Below, one piece after another: positions 38,901 to 52,075 of a stretch of DNA of 64,000 nt; position 1 is the first letter of the stretch; each line of letters begins with the position of its first letter. A program made the translations under genes and the position numbers. Below the pieces are notes generated by a model. That model did no database searches. It saw only the letters and a list, made by a program, of their open reading frames with translations, and was not told where the DNA came from. This DNA comes from Fimicolochytrium jonesii (taxonomy: Eukaryota): positions 186,001 through 250,000 of the forward strand of contig NW_026515673.1 in NCBI RefSeq assembly GCF_025526975.1, written 5' to 3'.

Positions 38901-39335
38901 CAGCACTGGGAACCAATACAACATCGCAAAGAGCGAGAACGTTGCCGCCGGACGTAGGTTGGATAAGTACGGTACCCTTCTTTTGAGAGGTAATGGTAGT
39001 CGAATCCACGAGTCCAATAAGGCGTTGGTAGTCTTGAAGAGAAGATGGATCTAGATCCTCAATATAGGGGGTCATATGATCCGTACAACCGGAATCCACG
39101 TTCGCCTTGAAGAGGCGGACGTCGTGGTTGGCTGGTTGGACTTGAACGTGCATGGCATAAGCCATGGAGGCTGCAGCGGGTGCGTCCTGCTTGGTTTTCA
39201 TGTTCTTGTCCATGATATCCTTGACAGCTTTGTAAGTAATGCAGTTTTCCGACTTGTGGCCGTCCCTCTGGCAGTATTTGCACTGGGGAGGCTTCTTGGT
39301 TGCGTCAGAAGACGAGCTTGGGTAGAGGGAGTGCC
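35938..39335 (-). CDS. Copia-C pol: Zn knuckle, protease, integrase, chromodomain, RT, RNase H
   Basis: CKYCQRDGHKSENC in frame upstream of the 1091-aa ORF; VDSGCTDHMT; HQRLGHP; HSDLQGP, HTDSGGEY, QNGKAERLNR; EYLVKWVGF; ALYGLKQSP; YVDH (mutated YVDD); YTDASY, SSTEAEY, SKHIDVRYH. Confidence 0.93.
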
Positions 39336-40845
39336 TCTAGAGCCGCCAGTCTTGGATTTGTTCTTCCTCTTCTGAGGTAGAGTAGAAGTAACGTGGGGAG
39401 CGGATGCGCCCGACTGAGGTGTACTCGGGGTCTTCTCGTTGAGCTGGGCGGCTATACAAATCGCGGCTTCTTGAGAAGGACTAAGTCTATCGTCGTACTG
39501 AGCCTGAGCAGTGATCAGGGTACTAAGATTCTTAGGAAGGGCTTGAAGAAAATCGGCACAGAGCACGTATTCCGGGAACCCGGGGAGTTGTCCAGCCAAA
39601 AGGTTGAAGTGGGCGACAAATTCGGTTAAACCTTGATGGTTAATTGACTTGGGCTTCAGAGCGCGCAGTCTGTGAAGAACTTGCGGCAGATTAGTCCCGG
39701 GAATGAAGCGCCTCAACATCGCGGAGCGTAATCCGAGTCGCGGGGGCAGTCCATAGACGTCTTGAATATCATGCCAGGAAATTATGGAGGAGCGCTCGTT
39801 TTCAGGAAGGCTTTTCCACCACTGGAGAGCTGGTCCAGTGAGCGCGTTGATAACGAAGTCTACGCATTCGGAAGGCGAAATCATCTCGTACTTCATAATC
39901 ACGTCAATGTGATCTAGGAACCCTTGAAGCTTGATAACATTGGGGTCGCCTTTGTAGGTGCCGAGTTTACTAAGGATAGTGTTGATGAAGACCTTGGAAG
40001 CTGATTTGCCGGCCGTAGGGGGTGTTACGGGAGTAACAGATCTCACAGATGCACTTTCGTGTGGAATTTTAGCGAAAGGAGGGCTTTGAGAACGAGGTTG
40101 AAAGTAAGGATGTCGTTCCGGGGCTTTGTAAGCGTATGGGACGGAGTAGGCCATAGCGCGCTGACGGGGCGCATGGGGTGCCGGCGACACAGAGGTCATG
40201 TATGGCATGTTTGCCTGGATAGGGCTAGTCGAATAATGAGAACGAGTGCTGTTCACAGGCGACTGAGTGAGCGGGTTCACGGAGGGGACAGTAGGTCCGC
40301 CCTGTTGAGGCGCTCGGCCCAAATTCAAGAACGAGGTAACCAATCCAGTCAGAGTGGCTGTTTGATCCTTCATTTGACGCATCTCCTCTTCCTGCTTGAC
40401 AGGTGTAGGTTCTCGCTGAATGGAATCCATCAGGAAGGGGTCGGTTCCGGTATGTCCGCGTGATTCAGGCGCATCCACATATGGTGTGGTTGCGTCTTTC
40501 CATTCTGCAATAGTAGCAGAGAGATCCTCTTTCCTCTTCTTGATCCACAAATTCACCAGGCATTTTGTAAGGCGGGGTAGGTGTTGGTTCACTGCGTAAG
40601 TCGGCATGACGGGCTACGCCTTGATTAAGCGGAGTACGTGAGTCAATGCCAGAGCGCTGATTAATAGATTCAGAACTCTTAACAGGGGGTTGTTGAACGT
40701 TCTTTCCTCCTCCTCTAGTAGCCGCAGGTAGTGGACCCAGGAGAGCTCCTCCTTGGGACCGCGTGTGGTGAGCGGAGGGCTTGCCGGCTGTCACTGCAGC
40801 TGCGTAGCCCTTCTGAGGTTGGGTTGTTGAATCCTTAGGTGGCAT
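39290..40845 (-). CDS. Copia-C gag, frameshifted near 40480 and near 39320
   Basis: ORFs 40465..40845 and 39198..40607; capsid-like LTGPALQWW and FLQALPKNL. Confidence 0.75.
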
Positions 40846-40934
40846 GGTGCTTTCTAAGAGAGCGGTGACTGGAGACCGTGAGTTCTTTATCCTGGAACGT
40901 CCGCTAGTTGCGGGCGGAGCCAGGGCTCATAACC

Positions 40935-41181
40935 ACTTAGCAGTAGTCGGCAGAGGAAGCAGATGACTGAGCAAACTCTATGTTGTGTGAGATGTAGTAC
41001 TGTGAAGAATGTATTGTCCTGTGTAGAAAAGTCTAAAGTGTAAAGAGGACGCGAGGTCCGAAGGGGAAGAAAAGAGTGAAGTCCCGTACGCGGAAGCGTG
41101 GCGTAAGCGGGAGGGGAGTCACGTGAGGAAATAAACTACGGGAAACCTAACCGGGGACTCGGGAGGATGATACCTCCAACA
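40935..41181 (-). repeat. Copia-C 5' LTR
   Basis: Followed by the PBS on the minus strand. Confidence 0.92.
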
Positions 41182-44100
41182 GTACCTACCGTACAACAAA
41201 AACCGACGAAAATCGATACGCTAGTTATTCGACTCGCTATCTACCAAAAACAGCCGCTTTTTGACAGCTCGACAGCGCGTCTCCGCCCGACTTTTCGACA
41301 GCCTACCCCTTGTTTCGACACGCAAAAGCGCGTTTTCACACGTGCATTCTGCTGCGCCATTCTTTGACATCAGCACTTTCGTACTCCGACAACCGACTCG
41401 TTTTTAGAGACGACCTTCAACCGTCTATTTTAGACACCTTCGCATTTTTCGAGTAATAGCAACTTTCTCAACAAAATGGCAGACGCTAATGCACCGCCAA
41501 ATAACCCAAATCCAGACCCGAATCCCTATTGCAACCCGGACCCGAACAATCCGCCTAACCTGCCTCCCGACTATGGGGCGAACAACCCGATGTTTACTGT
41601 GACTGCCGACCAGTTCGCTATGCTACTTCGAGTTGCTAGTTCAAAAGGTTTACCTATCATAGGACAACCTGGAGCTATAGAGTTCGATGGACGAGATGTA
41701 CAAGAGAAAATCGACCTATTCTATGCTCAACTCAACGACGCTGGATACGAACCTGACGCCGAGTACCCGAGCATCATCCTAAACTCTCCACACACCACAC
41801 TTTGCAGTTGGTACAACCCGCGAGATCCTGCTATTGATAGTCAGGAGGAACAACAAATCGTGGAATTTAAACACAAACGATGTATGCAGACATTCATCCA
41901 GTATTTGAAACCAAGCATTCGACCACTGCTTCGTAGTATGCCTAGTTTCCAATCGCTTGACATAACCGAATATACTCGATGGAGAGAAGAACCAACCTGG
42001 GCGACGTTTACTGAAGAAGTGATATTGCACTTTGATGCGTTTCAAACTCGCCATACTTCCAACAACCTCGAACAATGGGCTCTCAGTCAATGAGACCATG
42101 TCAAACTGAACACTGCCAAAGTTGCTGAATTTATCAACAAAATGGCCTATCGATATGCAAGAATCGATGGGGTCGCCGACAAAGAAAAGATCAATCTGCT
42201 GCTGACCCCGTGGGAAGACGAACCTGACTTCGACAAACGAGTTCTCCAACAAGCCAGAAGACTCACTGCTGAATGTGGAACCCACTTGCGACCGACTCAG
42301 TTACCCTGCGTTAGCCGAGTTATGGAAGCCATCACCGAAGCAACCAATGAAGATGCTGCGCTTTCTCAACTTACGACAGTTATCAAGCAACCCGATTCCG
42401 ACGTGCGATCTATGACCGTTCAGAAACCGATTCTCACAATCCCCGGCATTACCAACCCGACTGTTAGCGACCAGCTGAACTTCGTACAAGGACAAGTATT
42501 GCAGACCGAGAGCAAACTTGACCAAGCAGTACGCGAAATGACCGAACAAATGGCACAGTTGCAGACTAGCCAGAACCGAATCCTGCAGAGCTTGACTCCT
42601 GCGACCCGACTTCCGCTGCGAACGATTCGCAAGGCAGTAGCTCAACGAATACTGGCAATGCAAATGTTCGACCCTTGCGATGCGTTTATTGCGATCAAGA
42701 ACGACACCAAAGCAGATTTTGCAGAGACTTTTCCGAGGTTCAGAACCGAGGGGAACTAGTTCTTAACGGACAAGGACGAATTGCGTACCCTGACAATACG
42801 ACCATTGGAGTACCTGGACCAGAAATCCCTTTGAACATCGGACGAGGAGGAATCAAGAAAGTTTTCGAAGATGCCAAAGCTGCCACTCCGCAACCGTAAC
42901 ACTTCCGCCAATCAGAGATCCTACAGTCATTCGATCAATTCGTTTATGCTGCGAAACGACGATAAGAAAAAGACCCGTGAAACCTCCGAACGCTCATCCG
43001 AAATCCGAGATTATCTTGAAGAACATGCCGAAGATTTGACCTATACGATTCGGAACATCACAAACTGGGACGATCCCATTCATTTCGATACGACTTTTGC
43101 TCAAGCCTGCAATCCGAAACGACATGCTGTTGCTGATCCAGCTGACAGAAACCGACCCCGAAGTGGACAAGCACCCGCCAGAGCTGGAACTGATACGGAA
43201 GATACAGATGACACCGTCCGAAAGAGAAAATTACCTACCTGAGCCGACCGAGAAAGATTCGCTGGAAGAGATATCCTGAAACCAGGAGAGAAAAAGAAAC
43301 GCCGTCCGATTGGAGACCGGCCAATTGACGATCGACCTGTTACGCCGATGGAGACTGATACTGAGACCAATACGGATGAAGAACAACCCAAGCGAAGACA
43401 GCCGAAGTTCAAGTTTTATCCCGACATTGCAGATCAAGGCAATCATCCCATTGACGCAATCAAACATAGACTCTACAAGAACGTCAATATTGGCATTACT
43501 TTCCCGGAACTGATGACTCTCAGTACCGAATTTCGAAAATCTGTTGCATCCGACTTACGACAACACTGTGTACCAATCGACCAGTATCAAGAAAGTATCA
43601 AGAAACGAAGTGATCGAGAAAAACAGAAGAAAGCCCGTGACAAACGAGTTGCCGAAATGTCGTTCAACGTGAACGCCATTCAACATGCGATATGCCCTCA
43701 GCAGTACCTCAAAAACGTGTACAACATTCAGTCTGAAGGGATGGATGAAGGAGAAGTGATGATGTTTCGACAAACGCGACGGAACATTATAAGACCCCGA
43801 CTCTGAGTGGAATCAGTCCACACGCAAACGTTAAAATCAACCAGTACTCGAATTCGATCGTTGCATTCCTAGATTCCGGAGCTGAAGTGAATCTGATGTC
43901 ACTACGTTTATTCGAAGCACTGTACATTCCGATCAAAACGACCATTCCTGCGAACACGACATTGAAGAATATGGATGGGAGACCCAGTCGAATTAATGGT
44001 GTCGTCTACGACATCAAGATTTCTATTGGATCCATCAGTTGCTTGACCGCCTGTTTTGTCAGTTCCGAGTCCCTCAGTCATGATTTGATTTTGGGAAGGC

Positions 44101-47100
44101 CTTACCGCCGCATTACCCGATTAGAAGAGAAGAATTGCGATGATGGAAGTGTATGGTGTTGAATATTCGACCCAGACTCTGCCAAAAGCGCCCAATTCCT
44201 CGCCGCACCAGCCAAGTATGGGATTCAACCTCTGGACACGTACTTGAAGACTTCAAAACGATGGGTTCATCCCCAATACCTCGAAGATATCGACATGCTT
44301 TACGGACACAAACTCCGACGACCCCTACAAATGCGACCATACATGATCCAATACTCTGAGACAGAAACGGACAGCGAAGAATATGATTCGACAAAAGGAA
44401 ACGTCACCGAAGAACCGACCGATGCAGTAACAACAGACAACGAACAAGATTCAGAACACGACGTTGAAGAAGCTTACGAACAATCAATTGAGTACCATGT
44501 ACAAGCGTTTACCTACCGACAGCAGTCAATCATAGACGGACGATATGCCAATGCTATCCGAAGAATCCGACACAGAAGAAAGTCCTGTTTCAGATTCCGA
44601 CAGTGATTACAGCGTCGATTATGAGGAACTGTTTCAGCCCAGTCGACGACGAACCTATTCCAAATACAACTCCGATTCCTATTCTGAAGAAGAACTATAC
44701 TCCGTGCAAGTACGAACGAAATTCAAGCCTGTTGCAAAGAAGATCAAGCCCGTAGCACAACCCTTGCCCGGAGGCACTTGACCTGAAGCTTTTTCCAGAC
44801 CTACGATTACCGAGACACCTGCCAGAAACACTGAACGCAAAAATCGATTCGATGGACGAGAACACTTGCTTACGTTTGGAGACGATTTGACTACCAAAGA
44901 ACGAGCTGCGTTCTTATGACTATTGCGCAAATACAACATGGCTTTTGCTTTCGACGACAGCGAAAGAGGAACATTGAAGCCACACATTGAAGAACCTGTC
45001 AAGATTCATACGATTCCGCATACGCCCTGGATGGTTAAACCACACCGATTACCCCCGCAGATGACGAAGATTGCCACAGACCTACTCCGAACGAAACGAG
45101 ATGCAGGACTGTTGGAACCTTTATTTGGACCCTACCGCAACCCCTGGTTCTTAGTTCCCAAAAAGAACGGAACTTATCGATTTGTACAAGACGTACAAAT
45201 GCTCCACAGCGTGACAATACAAGATGCCGGATGTGCGCTGATCGCAGAAGTTTTCGCTGAAGCATTCGCTGGAGGTTCGATTTTGTCAATGGCAGACATG
45301 TATTCCGGATATGATCAAGTACCCCTACACCCCAAATCAAGAGACCTTACAGCCATGCTTACGCCATTTGGATTATACCGACTTACCCGACTCCCTCAAG
45401 GAGGAACCAATTCAGTAGCTCAATTTCAACGAGTAGTCGAAAAAGTCTTTGAATCCCTCAAACCCGACATCGTCAGCGTATATGTCGATGATACCGGCAT
45501 TGAAGGATCGAAATACCGAGCCAAGACACACGTGAAACCCAATATTTGTAAATTTGTACAAGACCACATGGACGACTGCGAGAAAGTATTTATTCTTATG
45601 ATTGATTCAGGACTCACGTTTTCCGGCGAGAAATCAAGCTGGGGAATGTCGAAAGCAAGTTTCGCAGGCATAGTCTGCAGTTACGATGGAAGAGCACCCG
45701 AACAATCAAAGATCCGAAAAGTAACCAGCTGGCCCCCTTGCCAGAACCTGACCGAAGTACGAGCATTCCTTCAACTTATTTTATTCTACCGTGCCTGGAT
45801 CAAAAACTTCGCTAAGAAAGCCGACGCCCTGTACAAGTTGTACAGGAAAAACGCTCGATTCGAATGGACGACCAAGCAACAGACCTGTATGGATACGTTA
45901 AAACAAGAATTTGTCGCTGCCAAGATATTAGCTGCGCCCAACTACGAAGAAGATGCACCCCCCGTTCATTATTACGACCGACGCTACACCCATTCCGTGG
46001 GGAGCGATACTCTCCCAAGTTGATCCCGAAGGAAGAGAAACACCGATACGATTTGAAAGTGGATTGTTTACCGAACAGCAACGAAATACCTACCCAATAG
46101 TCAAACTCGAATTACTTGGAGCCTACAAAGGAGTTCGCAAATTACGAACTTACGTTTGGGGCAGACGTTTCAAGCTCCGAATTGACGCCAAACCCTTGAT
46201 TCAACTACTATGTAAACCCGAATTCCCCGACAGCACCATCACGCGATGGGTAGCACAGTTAAGGCTATTCGACTTTGAAATCGAACATATCAAAGGAGAA
46301 AAGAACCCTGCGGACAGACTTTTGCGAAAACCTTGAGCAGATGATGACACCGACACTGAAAACGAAGACTCCGACGATTCGGAAATGCATGTATTACGAG
46401 TCAACTCAGCCACGACCAAATGGAAAAGTGATTTGAATGAAATTTGCCAATACCTGACCGATATGACCGTACCTACGCGATACAAGTACCCCAGCCAACG
46501 AAGAAAATTCCGAAACCGATGTACCCAATACGCCCTACAAGACGACCACCTATTCTTACGAAACGGAAGATTGAAACCACCCCTGCAAATCATCGAAAAT
46601 GAACAAGATCAAGAAGAAATTATCCGATTCATGCACGAAAGCAAGGAAGGAGGAGGACATCGAGGCATCCTTGCGACATTCTGAAAATTACCACAACGCT
46701 ACTACTGGCCAAGACTGTACAAAGAAGTAAAGGCCTACGTACAATCCTGCCATAACTGCCAATTCAGAGACCCGCGACGTGAATTTGAACCGCTTTACAT
46801 CAAAATTCGAACGACAAGACCCTTCCAGAAATGTGGACTAGACTACGTATTTATCACGAAAGGAACAAACGCAAATGAAGGAGGAATGATTTTACGAGAC
46901 GACGCAACCAGTTACCCTGAGGGACGAATGATCAGAGGCAAGCCGACTGCACACAAGATTGCTGCGTTCTTATATGAAGAAGTATTGTGCCAACACGGAC
47001 CAATTGAAAACCTAGTATCCGATGGTGGACCCGAAAACGTCAACGAAATCATACGACATCTTACCGAGCGATACAATGTCAAACACCGAATCACGACTGC

Positions 47101-48912
47101 ATATCACCCGCAAGCGAATGGACTAGTAGAAAGAGGACACGCCCCGATTATCGAAAGACTTATTCGAACCGCACCGACTCCGAGAGAATGGCCAACCGTA
47201 TTCCCTGCTGCATTATGGGCAGATCGAGTTACCGCGAAAAGAACGACACAGTTTACACCCTTCTACCTGATTTATGGAAGAGACGCCGTACTACCTATCA
47301 AACTCACGTACGAAACATGGATGACAGTACCGAATCTTCAACAACCCATGACAACCGAGACACTCTTATAACACCGCATCGAACAATTCCGATACAGAGA
47401 CAACGACCTGAAGCTAGCGACTGAGCAACTAATCGCAAGCCGAAGAGCAAACAAGAAGTATTGGGAGAAACGACACCGAATTAGAAACCGACCTTTCGAA
47501 CCCGGCGACATAGTTCTCCTGCACAACACGAAACTATTGACTCAACAAACCAGCAAGACTGACAACAACTGGTTTGGACCGTACAGAATTACCAAATCCA
47601 ACGACAACGGTTCGTATTATATCGCAGAATTAGACCAGACACCGATACGCAACCCTGTAGCCGGAGACCGATTGAAGATATTTCGAACTCGAACTCAGAC
47701 ACAACCGATAGTCGACAACCATACCGAAGATGAAGAAGGAACAGACGAAGAAGATAATATTACGGACGAGAATTGATGAGGACATCAATATTCGACAAAA
47801 GGAAAGATGTAGTATTGCGCTTTGAACTGCGATAATATTTCGATAATATTTCGACGTCGATTATGCGCCTAGAATCTTCGACGAGCGAATGAAATCACCT
47901 TTATACGACAACCTCAAAATACCGTCAAAACTTCCGACAATAAATTGACACACTTGCGTTCCCGACACTCCGACGATTACCAAATACAACTACCTTTACC
48001 GAAACCTTGCTTCACGACGACGTTTTGTCCTCGGTTACGACTGACATGCTAAATGTAAGCGTAGGAGAGGATCTCACACATGAAAGCAGCCCCGACCCAA
48101 CTCTCAACCAACCAGAAGCTCCCACAACGCCCAAAACGCTGAAGAAATCACCTGCGAAACGAGAAAACCAATTTCCGGTGGCCGTATACGCCGAACGTTG
48201 CAGAAAACCCCGAGAAAAGATTAGCGATAAGACTGTATCAGCACCAAAATTGCGAATGGAAAAAGGAAACACTACGTAGACCGCCGCAGGAAAAGAGAAA
48301 AAGACCCCGACGTAGCTAAATCCTCTAGAGACGACTAGTAGAGAGTTTGGACTTCGACAAAATCCCGTAGCCTAGAAAAATCCACATAAAAACCCGACTG
48401 TTTTCCCCAGACCTTTGTACGATACACAAAACCCAGATCAGTGCATGCAGAACACAGATCCCGATCAACAACAGAGCTTTCTACTTCTCTACTCCCGACA
48501 ACTTCTTTCAGTTTCAGATAGACTTTCAAGGCGCGCTCATAGACCCACAGAGCTTAGACAAGACGACCCCGAGTGTCGCAACTTGTACTTTGCTGACGTT
48601 GCCGAGGACTTGATAGTTCCGGAATCTCGTAAGAAGAGCTGAGAGTGAGATTGGATAACCCCGTTGTTTTGTTTTGTAGTCAAACCCGCAGATATTCCCG
48701 GTTTCGTATTTCGTACCCGTACCCGTAATTCAAGACCCTTTATTAGAAGAAGGACTCCTTTCAAAGCACCTGGATATTAAGGTGGCAAGACAATGCTCTC
48801 GCTTAAGATTTCTTCTTGTGCTATTGAGAGACCGGCAGCTTATTTTTCCCGACACCCGACCGTAAACCCGTATTTGACAGACCCTTGTTTCTGCCGGCCA
48901 CCACCACAGCGT
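41182..48912 (+). mobile_element. Ty3/gypsy family B element lacking 5' LTR; degenerate gag-pol and long 3' LTR
   Basis: gag from 41476 with CVYCDQERHQSRFC; protease AFLDSGAEVN (43863); RT NPWFLVPKK, LPQGGTNS, YVDD; RNase H TTDATP; integrase GHRG, SDGGPE, YHPQANGLVER, WFGPY; PPT AAAAGGAAAGA then TGTAG at 47808. Confidence 0.93.
47808..48912 (+). repeat. Gypsy-B 3' LTR (>=1.1 kb), end fused to gypsy-A gag
   Basis: TG start after PPT; homologous to 19604-20525; junction through shared GCGTC. Confidence 0.75.
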
Positions 48913-51310
48913 CGGTTCCCTTATCGGCGAGACGACGTACAGCAAACGAACTAAGCTCACGATCCATCAAACAAATCAATGGAACGGCGAGCAGAGGGTG
49001 TTGCTCCCTAGAATCGACCATCGTATGCAACAACGACTGGGCGATCTCATAGCCGACGGTATTGGTCTTATCCCGAGTAAGACCACAAAGGAACAGGTTA
49101 TTCAAATTGTCAGGAGTGATAACCTCCAGGTTGCGCTGTGCCTCGGCAACGATACGTTTGAACTCCGTCACATATGAGTCCATCGACTTATGAAAAGTCA
49201 TTCGGTGCAGAGCGTTGAGCGCGTTTGTTTTTGCGTTCGTAGGATAAAAGGCTAACTTGAAAGCCGTCTCAAAATCCTCTTTCCGCACGTCAAGCCTGCA
49301 TGCGGTGTTGAACCAGGTACGTGCGTCGCCTTCAAGCGAGCTCGAGACCTTCTGCATGTACTTAAAGTCATCAATCAGAAGACCAAAAGTAACCATGAAG
49401 TCCGTATGCTTCTGCAAAACCGTGTCAACAAAAGCGGCCTCACGCCGTTTGCCATTAAATAGATGCTGCGAGATCCATGTACCATGGTGTCTACGCTGCT
49501 CGATATAGAACGGATCCACCGACCCATCCTGCAGCACATCACGGCGCATTGCGGAGTCACGCTCCAACGTAGCTTGCAAACGATCCTGTTGAGCCTGATG
49601 TTCCTCGGCATGTTGATCGCGAACTTCGGCTCGAGCGGCAGCGGCAGCAGCCTTCATTCGGGCATTGAGCTCCCTGACGGAGATCGTCAACATAGCCGTA
49701 GCGGGCGAGTTACCAGCAGGAGGTGGAGGAGGTCCACCGACCTGGATACCCTCCATCGGAACAGGTCCCGTCGTTCAAGGAGAAAGAGGAAGGCAAACTT
49801 CAACACGAGGTCCGTCAACCGACATTTTGAGCTCCTCAACGATCTCAGCAATAACAGCTGTACCCCCAGGAGTAGTGTCCTCACTCCTGGTAACTGTACT
49901 ACCCGTTGACGTACTCATGACGACCTTCTGGCCAGTGTAATCTCGTTTTCAGGTTGAATAACCTCAAACAACGACGACTACGTCCAGAATGCGGACAGAA
50001 GTACTCCGTTGATGTTGTATAGCTCAGTACCTCAAGCAAATACACACAAACAACTACGTTTTCGAATCAGGTATATGCCTTATGCAATAACCAAAATTCG
50101 GGCATAGATTTTCCCTCTTTTGAGCGAAAAATCCCCAAAATCCCCCGTGTCCAATGTCGGCAGGTTTTGGCTGCGTTGATCCTGAAATGGATCAGAAGCG
50201 ATCAGTTTAAAGAAACCTTTGAGAGGATCAAGAAGAACCCTAACGGCTCAGCTCTGTCCCAAAACTGAAATACTTCTCCTATCCGCCCGTTTTCGCTTAA
50301 GTATCAAATTACCAACAAAGGCGATGACGGATTACTCGTTTTCCAGTGATTCAAAAATCCCAAAACGTTCAGCTAAATTCAAGGTAATTCTCGGGGTCGG
50401 GAAAAACCTGATCGAGGGTCGTTTCGGTCAAAACTGGGATAGTTTTGCTATACAGAGGTTATGATGGCGACAATTTAGCGCGTTTTTCGATATCTCCGTA
50501 TCCGTAGGTCGAATCTCTTCGAAACTTTCACAAGTCTTCAAGCCCAGTGTGCTCTACAAGGTTTCCGAGTTTGAAGGGGATCAAATTACTGGGGTAGATT
50601 TCCGATCCGCAAACGGGTTACTAATTGGCTACTAGTAAACACGCGTTTATGTTGACTACGTGTCGACCGTTGAACGTATACCTTCAAGGGGTTGATATAC
50701 CGGAAGAGTAAGGTGTGGATGGCAAACTGTGAATTACGGTGGTTTGTTTAACCACCCAGGTACAAAAAGCAAGGTGGTTGCGACGTATCGGTTGTTCCAC
50801 TAGGTAAATAACCTAGAGGTCGGCGCTTTTCGACTATAGCGCACTAGGGGCTTCAGGAGTTGCGACGGACGTTGTCCTGGAGGTCCTGAAGGCCATTTGA
50901 ATCGTCTAGAAGTGTTGTATTGACATTCTGTGACGATTGCTACGTCCGCAATTTTGAGATGCTGAAGTTGCCGACGTGTTTATCTACTAGGAAGCTCGTT
51001 TTGCTCGAAACGAGTGGTGCTACCATGTGATGTGGACTACCTTCCACGCGGGTTGTTTAACTGATGTTCGTATACAATAACTACTTTGCTGTAAGGTATT
51101 GTAGACCGACTGGGTGTTCGTCGGCTCTGCTATGCGATATGTAGTAAAAGAACTACTTGTTGTGCATAGGAATGCGCGACGAGCACTGTTAAAGGACCCA
51201 TGAGGTCGGAGTCCATTGGAGAACACTGTCTGGGACATGTCTCGCACACCTGGCGAGACATGTCTCGCTGACCTGTCGTTCTCCAATAAGACCAGACACT
51301 CCACATTACA
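48913..51310 (-). mobile_element. Gypsy-A 5' part: LTR 51026-51310, PBS, leader, gag
   Basis: 285-bp TG...CA LTR, TGGTAGCACC PBS at 51016-51025, gag ORF 48821..49756 paralogous to 23232-24266. Confidence 0.92.
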
Positions 51311-51910
51311 GTAGGTGATGGTTCACTTCGTTGTTGCACTTGACGGGGTACGCCTTGAATAGGCGGAGTACGTGAGTCAGTGCCAGAGAGCCAATTAGAA
51401 GATTCAGAGCTCCTAAGAGCTGGTTGAACTTTTTTTCCTCCTCCTCTGGTTGCTGGCGGTAGTGAGTCCAGGAGTGCTCTCCCTTGGGAGCGCATATTTG
51501 GGGTAGACGGCTTGCCGGCTGCTAAGGCAGCAGAGCATGCTTTCTGAGTTTGGTTTGTTGAATCCTTTGGCTGCATGGTGCTTTCTGAAAGAACCGGCGA
51601 GGGGACACCGAGCTCTCCATTCTAGATTCGTACGCAAATAGCAGGCGAAGCCAGGGCTCATAACCTGTTAGCGGTAGTTGGCAAAGGAATATGGATAGAG
51701 AACGGAACCTGTGTATGGGGGACGAAGCCCTATATTGTATGAAGTTATACAGTCTTGTCTGAAGACAGAAAGGAGGACGCGAGGTCCAGGGTAGTAAGAA
51801 AAGGGAGAAGTCATGTACCCAGAAGCATGGCGTAAGCGGGAGTGAAGTCACGTGAGGAAATAAACAATGGGAACGCTAACCGGGGACTCGGGAGGATGAT
51901 ACCTCCAACA
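51311..51910 (-). mobile_element. Copia-C relative: 5' LTR 51666-51910, PBS, gag start
   Basis: TGTTGGAGG...CTAACA LTR, GGTTATGAGCCCT, MQPKDSTNQTQK versus MPPKDSTTQPQK at 40845. Confidence 0.88.
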
Positions 51911-51964
51911 GTCTCCTCTGACATTACACTGAGCATGCACCGAATACAAAAAGGATCTCATCCA

Positions 51965-52075
51965 GAACCCCACAGTCATCTGGGAAAACAACCGAAGTGC
52001 TACCACACTTGCTATGAACTCAGTTCATCATGCACAAACCAAGCACATTGACATCAGGTACCACTTCATTCATAT
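51965..52075 (+). pseudogene. Old copia RNase H fragment
   Basis: Translates as VIWENNRSATTLAMNSVHHAQTKHIDIRYHFI, a copia RNase H signature. Confidence 0.8.

Larger units (their letters stand above)
34699..41181 (-). mobile_element. Full-length Ty1/copia-order element (family C) with chromodomain and extra antisense ORF
   Basis: 247-bp LTRs at 40935-41181 and 34699-34945, PBS GGTTATGAGCCCT at 40922-40934, PPT GAGTGGGGG at 34946-34954, domain order gag-PR-INT-RT-RH. Confidence 0.95.

Noticed and set aside
39290..39340. Programmed gag-pol frameshift in copia-C
   Set aside because: No clear slippery site, and the element has other lesions (second gag frameshift, YVDH), so mutation is as likely.
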